A stretch of 44,795 nt of DNA, filler included, from Jimgerdemannia flammicorona (taxonomy: Eukaryota), in NCBI GenBank assembly GCA_003990765.1. It is 2 parts of 2 records of this genome, joined end to end, with 100 filler letters (N's around TTAATTAATTAA, not from the genome) between each part and the next. Parts side by side here need not be neighbours in the genome. Positions count along the whole stretch, not along the records: positions 1 to 22,349 come from RBNJ01001294.1; 1 more part is not named here. The stretch is one strand, 5' to 3'. The notes below the pieces were generated by a model. It was given only the letters and a program-made list of their open reading frames with translations. It was not told the origin of the DNA and searched no databases. Below are positions 1-10,443 of this stretch, in pieces (positions within the stretch are counted from its first letter, which is position 1; the number at the start of each line of letters is the position of its first letter). A program made the position numbers and the translations under genes.

Positions 1-60
1 GGGGGAGGGGGAGGGGGAGGGGGGGGGGAGTTCCCATTCAATGCTCAAAAACAACACAAC

Positions 61-117
61 GAGGCGGAGTTTACGGTGAGAGGCGGAGTTTACGGTGAGA
101 GGCGGAGTTTACGGTGA
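61..117. repeat. Perfect tandem repeat, 3 x 19 bp (GAGGCGGAGTTTACGGTGA)
   Basis: Units at 61-79, 80-98 and 99-117 with no spacers. Confidence 0.95.
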
Positions 118-774
118 GAAGCGAACTAGGCAGCGACCAACAAGTGTACATTAGCTCGGGCCGAAGTCCTTACAGTTTTTTTATCCATGATACCGCTGCA
201 ATCCACGTCATGACATCCGCTGGAATGATATCCGCTACAATCTACGTTCACGTTAACCTTGAAGATGAAAGTACTATCGACCGAATACAATACAAAAAAA
301 AAAAAATGAAAAAAAGAATGGGACTCTGTCGTGCATCCTCGCGTGTCTGCGCGAGATCTTAATACCAAACTTTCTGATGGGATGACAAAACGCGCCTGGG
401 ATATCAAATTACTTCCAAAAGTGAAGACCAGAAATGGGATTTTACAATCATTCAAACGAATAGGCCTCAATGAAACAACCTGAACTCTGCCTCAGCATAA
501 TGACCCTTTATCAAAACTTGCCAACGGAATATAAATTATTCCACAGCCCCCAAACCCGTTACTTCGAGTCAATAGTATCCGAGGATTGCACAGTGCAATA
601 TCACTAATTATTATTGCATTATTTTTGTGATAGTGACAGTACAAACATCCGGATATACTATTTATCCCAACCTGAAATCATTATCGCATCGCATTGCAGT
701 TTAACCCCAAAACCATTTCACCGTCGCACAGCCAAAACCAAACCCAATCCTTCCCGCCCGTCCTCCATCAAATC

Positions 775-1233
775 CTAGTTCCTCTCACGCGACGGGAACC
801 AACCCAGCGAGGCACCGACGACAAAGTAGAAGCTAGCGACGGAAGCCATAGCGACAAGAACCCTGAAGAGGGCCGTCACGTACATGTCAAGGGTGCGGAG
901 ACGCTCCTCGTTCGGATTCAGCTCGGCGCGTGGTGGAGAGGTGACGCGTTCCGAATCCGTTACGTGGGTTCCCATATCAATTTCATCGTTGTCGATCAGC
1001 GGCCTGGCGGCCCGAATCCTGAGGGAGGAGACGGGGTCGATCTCAAAATGGTAATGGATAGGAACAGAGTCGTTGGACGAGCCGTGGGCGAATTCGTTAA
1101 GAATGCGCTCCTTGGTAGCGGCCATCTCCCCGCGCTCGTGACGGTGTTTGGCGTCCGTGAACTCCTGTTTCAGATCCATCGAGGCTGCTTGAGCCGAGCC
1201 TGGATAGTGCGGGAAATGAGAAGGGTCGTCCAT
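775..1233 (-). CDS. Hypothetical 152-aa protein with a single C-terminal transmembrane helix (tail-anchored-like)
   Basis: ATG-started ORF with a hydrophilic body, then YVTALFRVLVAMASVASFYFVVGASLGWF and a short basic tail; TATAAA on the minus strand about 40 bp upstream (1272-1277). Confidence 0.6.
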   Translation of the reverse strand: MDDPSHFPHYPGSAQAASMDLKQEFTDAKHRHERGEMAATKERILNEFAHGSSNDSVPIHYHFEIDPVSSLRIRAARPLIDNDEIDMGTHVTDSERVTSPPRAELNPNEERLRTLDMYVTALFRVLVAMASVASFYFVVGASLGWFPSRERN

Positions 1234-2002
1234 AGATAGGCAAGGGGGAGTTCTGGCAGACGGGATGAAAATTTATATGGGTTTTGGGCATGTCTATGAA
1301 ATACATCTATCTGTCTGCGTTGTTTATCTTGAGGTCTGCTTTGAAGGAGGCGGTGATCCAGCTTTTCGGTTGCAGGATGAGATATGCAGACGACGTTTCG
1401 AAGCGACGGCTCCTATATCATGACGGATGCGTTGTCGTTATTTTGATAACAAGGCGCCGGTCGAATCCGGCGATGTGACCCCCTTTACAATGAACGGAGG
1501 TAGATGCATGTACTGTGAAACCCCTGAGCATACGCAGGTTGTTTTAAGGGGGGAGAGGGGTGGGGGAGATTGTCAAAGCGTCGGTTCGATCACGCCAAAG
1601 GCAAACAATCTAATTAGAACGGGATTTTTCCAGGAACCAAGCATTGCAAATAAATTACGCTACCAATGGCACCATCTCCCTTTCCAAAACAAACAGCCAA
1701 TATGTACACCGTCTCGACTCCCACCGCCGACGGGTTCGCTCGATTAGAGAAATGGACGCTTCGAAAGCCTAACCCCGTTTTTCTCACACACACAAACTGG
1801 CTTGGCAGATCACACACGTTACATGACCAAATTTTATCATGTGGCGTTTTCTTTTAAATATTGTGCAACGGGCTAGCCCGTTGCGTCGCATGGTGGGAAG
1901 GTTTGTACTCTCCCTCTGCAGAATCGGGCGTGAATTTTCTATTTGGTTTCAAAATAAAAAATAAATAAAAGTTCGGAGTATAGATAGGCAGAAATAATAT
2001 AA

Positions 2003-2035
<33 letters not shown>

Positions 2036-2746
2036 CATTTGGCATGCATGCGGTCAGTTTGGATAAACTTCTAAAGCTTATTGTAATTTATCTTGGTAGG
2101 CGCAGGTATTCACCGCCAAACTTCGTGGCGAAATTTTGCCAGCTGATGAACCAAAGTTGTGTAGCGTCAGTCTGTCCATATAGGGCGACATTCTATTTGT
2201 GGAGCTGATATACATGTCTATCTTTGAAGGTGGTGATGATACTGGCTATGATGACAAAGGTGATAGTTACTAATACAAGCTAAGAACAAAATAAATAGAA
2301 GGAGATCATGATCGAGGCCGCAAACAAATCAACGCTTGTCGGTTTCAAAAGCACCGAAATCGACGCTTCAAATTCCTGAAAAAAAAAAAAAAAAAAAAAA
2401 AAAAGGCTATTTACATAACACGCCCAAGCGGATGGATGCCAGACCACGGGGACGCCAGAGCACAACTCGCCCCTTTCTTCTGAGGTGCATAATCTCACAC
2501 GCTCCTGGGAGCCTGAAACTGCCCGACGCGTGTGCATAGAGTTCCCCGGGCCCGATCTCGTTTCCGGCGTAAAGGTTGTGTGAGGAGGGAAGGAAGGAGG
2601 AATAAAGAAGGGCGATGGGAAAACGAAATCACAGCGTCCAGTCCCGAAGAAGCAACACGACGTATACCGAAGTCGAATATTGCGCGAGGGTGGATATGTC
2701 AAGGGATAATATTGTTCGTTTGTCCGGGGTGGCCGCTGGCTCATAG

Positions 2747-3850
2747 TCATCCGGCCCTTGATCTCATTGGTGTCTTTGAGGTGATGGTGGACATGTCCTC
2801 CTCGATTGACATAATCTGGAGCTCGACGTGATCAGAGACCGTTGTCACTGGCATGGAGCTCGGGGTGTCGATGGAGTTGATGAATGTGGCCGGGAAGAAT
2901 TTGCGACGGATCTTGAGAATAACATTCTTGGAAGGGGGGAAGCTGTAGAAATCCAGCATAGCCATTCTGTTGGGCAAAGAAACGGGGTAAGTTAAGGGCT
3001 GATGGGTTGAGGACTGATGGGGCTGGGGGTGGAGGAGACGAAGGATAAAAAAAACTAACCTGAGGAAGACCTCGAAGGACGCCATGTCGATGTTAACTAT
3101 CTTGTACTTCTCGGCAGGGAAAGCGATACCGAAGCAGATTGTGATGATTTGTAGAGAAAGAAGCACACCCATTCCCGACAGGTACCTGGAATTGTCAACG
3201 TTCTCCAACATTTAGTTTATGACACTGAAGTGGAATGCGCCATGTTTAGAAATAATAAGGACAGCTGCTTACCAAACGCCAACCGCCACGGCGGCCGAGG
3301 GCTCATCGTTTACTCCTGTCCTCGTGTTTATCACCGGATGGAACGCGTACCAGTAGGCAAAGAAGATGGCGATTGGCCAGGTCACTTTTGAGCCCATCTC
3401 GAGGATGCTCCCGGTGCCGTTGTTCTTTATAACATACACCTCGATGTTCGCCATGATGGTTACCAGATTGACAGCGGCAGTTGTCAAAATGGTAAAATAG
3501 TAGAGTGTGTTGAACTTGCTCTGTGGCTGGAGATAGAACTTGCGGCCGAGGTTGAGGGTGATTACGACCATGAGATCGACGAAGAGGGCGACAAGGATGA
3601 AGCTGATGACCTTGAAGACGTGGGGGTCGATCTCCGAATAGATACGCAGGACGTTCGCGCCGGACCAGCCAAGAGTCATGACACTCATGGCGATACAGCT
3701 GCAGCGGAGCCATGTAAATTCGTTGAAGGACTTGCCGATGATGATGCCGCAACTGATCATGCTGAAGACGACACTAATGCCTGCCAGGCCAATGGTTCCG
3801 TAGGCGTCATCGGGGATGGGCGGGTCGAGGACGGTGGCGTTGGAATTCAT
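2747..3850 (-). CDS. Seven-transmembrane (GPCR-like) integral membrane protein, 3 exons
   Basis: Exons 3850-3273, 3185-3060 and 2966-2747 joined by GT-AG introns (GTAAGC..CCAG; GTTAGT..ACAG) keep the frame. Product starts MNSNATVLDPPIPDDAYGTIG, has about 7 hydrophobic segments, an N-terminal N-x-T sequon and a Ser/Thr-rich C-tail. Confidence 0.8.
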
Positions 3851-4436
3851 CGCGCGCAGAGACGGATCGGATCGAAGATGAGATGGAGGCGCGACGGCGG
3901 GAGATATATATACGTTGGGACAAGAGAAGAGTTTGTGCGGCGAATAAGCTGATCGACGTGGCTCGTGACCACAACTACTCTCCGTAATTGACGGGAATCT
4001 GAGCGTGGACTGGGGTGACACCACAGTCGCACAAATGAAACTGGACTCGGGCAATCCTCCTTGGTTGGCCGTTCAGGTCGGACCCTTGTGTGATTAAGTT
4101 GCCGCTGCCAAATGAGGCCCGTTGCTCGGGAACCATGAGAATGATCAGGGATTCCATCAGATTCGGCATGGCAACCGCAACACCCAGGCTTTCGCCGCCG
4201 GTGGGAGAGATTACCCTATGGGATCACGTGTGTCAGGTGCTAAGGAAAACATCACCGTTTTCCTTTCTCTCCTCGCTGCTCCAAAACCGTCAATCCACTC
4301 TCAGTCTTACCGGAATTAGAACACGGACACTAACACATGGCGATTTCTTCAAAACATCAATCAGTGGACGACTATATTCATTGCCTGGGAACAGCCGTTC
4401 GGCATGTGGCGCATTGAAATTCAGCAAATTTGGCTG

Positions 4437-4468
<32 letters not shown>

Positions 4469-5340
4469 TTTTGACTCAATATTTGATATAAAAAATAAAT
4501 ATAAAAGCTAATAAAAAAATTTAAATTTTTTTTTAGTAAATTGATTTTTTACAATTTTTTTTTTACTTTTATAAGATTTTAAATATAGTTTTTTTTTTTT
4601 TACAGCCAAATTTAGCTGCAATACCAATAAAGAGATAGCTCCACCGACCGGCGTAACCAGAAACGTAGTGCTAGGTGGGGCAATCCTCCCGCTCGGGTGT
4701 CGGAAAGATGGCCGCAGGGTGTCAAGGTTCTAGGAACGAGGTCGACACGACTAGTGTGCACCAATCACCGTCGCAAAGCCCCATTGACCCTTAAATACAC
4801 TGTGCTCTGCATATCGTCCTTTCGAAAGAAGCATAGCTTTCCGTACCTGTTACCTCAGCCCCCGGATGACGTCCTAACGGTGACTGGCATGGGCTTGGCG
4901 TGCAACTCCCATCTCGCCACGACAGTATGTGCAACAGAAGAAGGCCTGAAGTACACATAACCAATCTCTCGCGTAAGTCACATACGTATTTGCATGCCCA
5001 GCTCCCGGCACTGCTCCTCAGCTTCCTCGGTGAAGACAGTTCGTGCCGAATTGGTCGTATCGGTCTCAGATTGGACAATGTGCACCGTCGATAAGAGAAG
5101 CGCCTAGGTCCATGCGGCCGGCGGCAAATTTCACTGTGAGGAGTGAATTTTGCGCTCTGCGCGGATCCTAGACTCTTTCTTTCTGGGAAATTCCTCTTTG
5201 GCGTGTTCACAAGTCATTTATTACCTGTACGGGAAATATGACATACGCGTGTATCTCCGAGCGGCTGAAACTTTGAGTTTGAGTTTGGGCAGGGGAAGGT
5301 TGTGGCAATCAATTCCATCTTATCATTCGTACTGTAGCCC

Positions 5341-5371
<31 letters not shown>

Positions 5372-6333
5372 CGGTGTGCGGTGTGCGGTCGTTGCCGGAC
5401 CCTTGTATCATTGAGACAATATATCTAATGGGAGAGGCCTAGCAATGATAAGCAATGGTGCAACTGACCCATTTGCCCGAATCGGTAGTTCAGCGAGGCG
5501 TTTGGATCATTTATTCCGAGAAAGGGGACACGTGTCGAATTCCCACAGCGATAACATTTTTCATATATGTAAAAGGTCGAAAGAAGTTGCAAAGTTTTTT
5601 TTTTTTTTTTTTTTTGGGTGTTTTTCTCCGAGCGCGCCACTTCTCTCTTTCAGGTTGGTCCTGCGGTGATCGACGGAGATTATCCCGGCAGCGAGATTAT
5701 CTTGGCGATGGATGCCTGTTTCTCGCATAGATATTGCAGGAAAGGAGGCGCCGGAGAGTTCACGCGAGGCCGAAAGCATAAACTTCCACCCTTTAACTGA
5801 CCGTGGCGTTAAAGTATGTTGCATGTACACCCTGTCATGCAGGATCCGGATCGAATCGCGTTTCCAACTCCAACATTAACCTTGAACATTAACCTTAATT
5901 TCGTGCCTAAGCATGTTTCTATTGGTAGAGCTTAGGTGGCCAAGGCCGATTTTTGCGAACGAGTACTACGTAAGTTGACCGAAAAATAGCATCCATATCT
6001 ATTAGGCCAAGAGCGTTAGAGTTGAGCTAATACAAACACAGAGTATGCTTGGCTAGCCAGTCTACTATGATGTACTACTCAAATGCAACTGGCCAGAGTA
6101 CATACAATGTACTTATATACTACTCAACTGCAACCCAAGCATACCAAAGTTCATGCAATATACTTACACACTACTCAAATACAACTTGAGCACATGTATG
6201 CAAACTTAAATATAATGGAAACTATATATATATTACACTATATACTACTCAAATTCAATGTTAAACACACTTAAAGAACTCCAAATACCAACTATACAAT
6301 TAATGAAAATAGACTTAAAAGTACTAATATGGC

Positions 6334-6580
6334 TAGTGCTCAGAACAAATTGAATTGAATTGAGAGCCAATCAAATTGAGATCAAGTTTCAATTCAAACC
6401 TTAATTTAAAAAATTCAATAACTTGATGAAAATATGTCCAAATTTGATGGATTCTAGCTTGTTAGATTTGCTTTATTTAGGAGAATCTAGCACAACAAAT
6501 ATCATCAAGTTTGGATGTATTTTTGTTGAATTATTATATTTCAAAGTTTGACTCTTAATTTGATTCATTTGAGAGCACAA
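6334..6580. mobile_element. Degenerate hAT-type MITE related to the 23104-23527 element
   Basis: Starts TAGTGCTC, ends CATTTGAGAGCACAA, and shares internal motifs (AATTGAATTGAATT, ACCTTAATTT..AATAACT, TAGCTTGTTAGATT) with 23104-23527. CpG-depleted; no TSD recognisable. Confidence 0.7.
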
Positions 6581-7173
6581 CCAAACAATCTGAAATATCT
6601 AATTATTGCACAATAGTGTAACTTGCTGTCAATCTACTCAAAGTGAATGCTATTTACAAAGTAAGGCTCATTAATAAGTGAGAGTAAGAAGTCTGACGTA
6701 TATTTCTTAAAAGATATAAGCCTATAACCAGTGATAATAATTCAACTAACAATAAGATGCTACATTCATGTAATATAATATCTAAAACTCTTATGAACCT
6801 ACATTTGTCACTTCTAATCTACCCAAAATTTAATAACATCACTAATATAGATCTAAAGTTAAATAACAGATATTATACTGTAAGTTAGAATAAATATGAA
6901 CCCAGAAAATTTGTAACAGCAGGTGCGTTTGATCACATAGATTGACTCCACAAACGTAGTCAACCTGTCATCATGGCAAGTTTGGATAAGTACGATCATT
7001 TTTAGGTGGTCAGTTTCAATATTTGAAACAGGGAGAAACTCGATTCTGACCCGTAGCAAATGTCGAGAATGCGCGAACGCCGTAATTGTGACCGCAAGTC
7101 AGCATATAAAGTTTCCCGAACTCGGCACACCAAAGATAATCCGTCTCTCCTCTCACCATCAACCGCGAAACCA

Positions 7174-7497
7174 ATGACCGACAGACTCAATACCTCGACC
7201 AACGCTCCCAAGAAAGTCAAGAGGGTAACCTTTGCCGAGCTGCCTCCCAAACACGTTCAAGAGCATGATAATTTCCTCGAGTTGCCCCTGATGCGTTTAG
7301 AGCCTGATCCTGCGCCACTGGTCCAAAAACACATGTGTAACGTGTGTTACACCATGTTCAAGTCCCCAGTCGACTTGTCCGTCCATGAATTGCTAAAGTG
7401 TCCAGTAACCGGGCGCTCTTGCCAGCAGAAGCAGTCGAGTGTCCGCGAGAGTATGGTGGCCAAGAATTTCGAGTGGAAAATGCTCATGCGGAGGTGA
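7174..7497 (+). CDS. Hypothetical protein or first exon with a C2H2-like (C2HC) zinc finger; possibly the 5' part of a decayed multi-exon gene
   Basis: Motif CNVCYTMFKSPVDLSVHELLKC; TATAAA at about 7105 lies upstream of the ATG at 7174 (ORF track starts at 7060). Confidence 0.45.
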   Translation: MTDRLNTSTNAPKKVKRVTFAELPPKHVQEHDNFLELPLMRLEPDPAPLVQKHMCNVCYTMFKSPVDLSVHELLKCPVTGRSCQQKQSSVRESMVAKNFEWKMLMRR

Positions 7498-7974
7498 AAG
7501 GTGGACGGAAGAGGCAAAGTTGTAAATAAGATAGGAGGATCGGGTTACTGGATGCTTTTACCTTTTGTTTTCTTGATTTAAATATGCCTTGTATTTTAAT
7601 AGAATGTATACCATTAAATCGTGTAGTGAAAGGGGGGGATCTTTTGAATTTCATCGGTGCAAGCGAAGTTGACATGGACAATGTCAATGACGCCAGAAAG
7701 GATCAATTTTGAGTGGACAGGACGAAATAAACGAGGTTGATGTACTGACTGCCATAATCTCAATGAACGTTCATCTGAACATTGCAGTAACGTGATGTGT
7801 ACAATAAACTTTACCTGTGCTCAAACATAGAACGACGAATGCAAACTGTCAAGTTTCGCGTTTCTCGGCCCTATTTGCGGTCGATCATAGTGACACAAAT
7901 TAGTATTCACGACTTTTTTAGTAATTATATTGTTGTGCGAAACACAACTCTGATATTTGCGATATGTAACCCAG

Positions 7975-8385
7975 AAAATCTGTCCTTGTATAACGGTGCC
8001 ACCACCACCACAGCCGCCTCCACCACAGCTGCCTCCACCACAGCCGCCTCCACCACCGCCTCCACCACAGCCGCCTCCACCACAGCCGCCTCCACCACAG
8101 CCGCCACCACAGCCGCCACCACTGCCACCTCCACCACAGGTGGCACCACCGCTGCCATCAGCGCCGAAGCTCGAGTCGGACACCCCCATTGCCCCAGTGC
8201 CACAGGTACCACCGTAACCGGCATGGCCGCTGCCACCATTATCGGCGCCGAAGCTTGAGTCGGATGCCCCAGTGCCACAGATACCACCGTCGCCGTCATG
8301 GCCGCTGCCGCCATTATCGACGCCGAAGCTTGAGTCAGATACCCAGTGACACAAGTACCACCCATTGCCCCAGTGCTACAGGTAT
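7975..8385 (+). pseudogene. Proline-rich repetitive exon remnant (15-bp CCACCACAGCCGCCT array, then about three 72-81 bp APKLESD..PVPQ.PP.P.WPLPPLS units)
   Basis: Follows a CCAG acceptor at 7974; reads PPPPQ repeats, then repeated APKLESD units broken by a TAA at 8215-8217 where the next unit has TCG. Confidence 0.5.
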
Positions 8386-8654
8386 ATACATAATTGGAAG
8401 AGATGCTGACTTTATTATCGTTTTTAGGATAAAATGGTAAAGTCATTGCTTTGGTTTACCATCAGTCGCAGTTTTTACCACTCGCTTTAAGTAACTTTCA
8501 TCAGGCAAAAATATCTTGTACATTTAAAATACCAACTGACATTCTTGCAAGTGTCATACAATGCGTACCTGTCCTCACCAATATATTGAGATGTGTTCAT
8601 CAGCAAGAAACAAATTTTGTCATGATAGCGTACTGACCAACAACAATCCTACCA

Positions 8655-9083
8655 CTACTTCGACCTAGATAGCTGCGCGCCGACCGCCAAGGCTACCATC
8701 CGAACTTCATTCCCAAGGACCATGTCTTCAAAATCTAAGAGATGGGCTCCTTCCTCAAGGCCAAGGACAAAAAGCTCCCGCATTGTCGAGGACGAACACA
8801 TACCGTGGTGCTCGTTGCCTTCTTCCAAGATGCGTTCATATTCGGCTTCGGAGAGGTCGGAGCCCACCCGCAAAAAGCGACGCAAGGTTCTGGCAATGAC
8901 GGTCAACTTTGGGGTTTCTACCCCAACGGCATATGCCACTGCAGCGTCAAGTTTCCATAAAGAAAAATACAACAATGCCATTGCTAGCCCTGGGAACACC
9001 AAGTCTGCTGCTGGCATAGCAGCAGGTTGCAGAGGAAGGATGGGTCTTGGTCGTGTGGGAAGCGAAATCGCGCGGTATTGCAA
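8655..9083 (-). CDS. Possible terminal exon of a hypothetical protein of unknown family
   Basis: 142-codon open frame with protein-like composition and weak similarity to 16768-16947; start not resolved. Confidence 0.3.
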   Translation of the reverse strand: MQYRAISLPTRPRPILPLQPAAMPAADLVFPGLAMALLYFSLWKLDAAVAYAVGVETPKLTVIARTLRRFLRVGSDLSEAEYERILEEGNEHHGMCSSSTMRELFVLGLEEGAHLLDFEDMVLGNEVRMVALAVGAQLSRSK

Positions 9084-9350
9084 AAGGAAAGATGCGCCGG
9101 TGCGCGGAGAGCAAGGGAGTTTGAGCAGTTAATAATTTGGACACACACATGCACAATTCACAAGTCATCTTCGTTGCTGTCGAAGACACAAGTTACTTAA
9201 ATAAAATGGATATATTATAAGCATCAAGATGTAACACATCTTGTTGTTTCAGTGCATTTAGGCATCGAAAGACGTTTGGGTGTTGTATTGGAAAACCAAA
9301 CATAATGAGTACATCTCGCGATGCCCAGATCTTTAATCGATTGAGGGATA

Positions 9351-10443
9351 TCAGGCATAAGATACGTTAAGACACTTCCTTTCCTGTATCAAATCTAACC
9401 GATGCTGATGCACCTCTTCCAACATGAATCATTTCTTGGCCCACTCCAGTATGTCAAGTAAAATTTCGATCGGCATCTCCCTCCCGATTATTCTCATCGC
9501 CATATCATTCAGCGCGGTCCTGGCCCCAGGTCACATACGGTCCCACTGCTGCTCGGGGTGGATAAAATCTCTCTGTCTGGATTGACAAGGAAGAAGCCGA
9601 GGATCTTGCAGACACCGACCTCAGTCTTTGACATGATGATGATTCCGGATACTTGGTGCTGTAGCCTGTTGCGAAACGCAAGCAGTCGGCCTCCGATGTC
9701 TGGATGTTACCCATTGGCATATCAACTCCGTACCGGAATGCGAGCCCGCTTTCCGCGAGATACGGAGAGGTCGAGAAGTAGTAGATATCGGAGGCGACGA
9801 CGCGCTCGTGCATGCCCTCCACGAGTCACTCCCCTTCGTACATCTCACCACCTGGCTGGATGACATAGTTGATGGCCTTGACAATAAATTGTAGCTCGCG
9901 CGAGCGGAGGATCCTATACAGGATTCCCTCGAATATTGGCAGGAAAAGTGAGAATTTCATATTGATGGCCCTGTACAAACCTTGGTGGGACAGGTCGAGG
10001 TTGTTTATGTACGATTTGACGCTGGTGGAATCATCTTCGTCGACGTATAATTTCGCTGGGAACTGATAACGACCACTCTCTCCGCCAGAATTGTGGCAGA
10101 GCAGACCGGTCTTAAACAGGACTGACGCCTTCTATGTACGGGAGGAAGGGTGGGTGAGGGTTTGAACCATGTCGTCCGTCCCAGGATGGTAATCCTTATA
10201 TGGTCCAGTCGTGATGACGTCCAGGCTGCTGTTGAGAAGCTCGCGGAGATTCGCGGGCATGACATCTTCTGCTACCCAGACTGAAGGTATGGGCTTCTTC
10301 ATGACTTTGCTGACAATAGCCTGTGCTGCCGCAACCTTGGCGCGCAGCTCTAGGAGATTCAGCTGAAAAGAACATTATGTGAGTTAAAAATGAACCAATG
10401 GAAAGAGGAGTGTGTGCAATACATTCTGAGAGTCCGATGTCAT
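9351..10443 (-). pseudogene. DUF4246-family (2OG-Fe(II) oxygenase-like) pseudogene
   Basis: ATG at 10443 and a short GT-AG intron, then family motifs spread over different frames: KDYHPGTDDMVQTLTHPS, SYINNLD, LQFIVKAINYVIQPGGEMYEGE*LVEGMHERVVASDIYYF, GRLLAFRNRLQHQVS, KILGFFLVNPDREILST, MPIEILLDILEW, LEEVHQHRLDLIQER. Several frameshifts and in-frame stops. Confidence 0.85.

Noticed and set aside
1..30. G-rich start and poly-T end (44731-44795) as telomere or retroposon tail
   Set aside because: Low-complexity contig ends with no regular telomeric unit; long A/T tracts occur throughout the window.
61..117. 19-bp repeats (also 16603-16669) as CRISPR-like arrays
   Set aside because: Head-to-tail with no spacers, eukaryotic context, no cas genes.
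4700..4800. Short similarity to 14100-14170 (GGAACGAGGTxGAC..CTTAAAT) beside a poly-T, suggesting a SINE/LINE end
   Set aside because: Match too short; no RT/endonuclease motif, Pol III boxes or TSD.
7797..8446. Overlapping Gly/Cys-, Ala/Val- and Thr/Ala-rich ORFs
   Set aside because: Alternative frames of the same 15-bp microsatellite.
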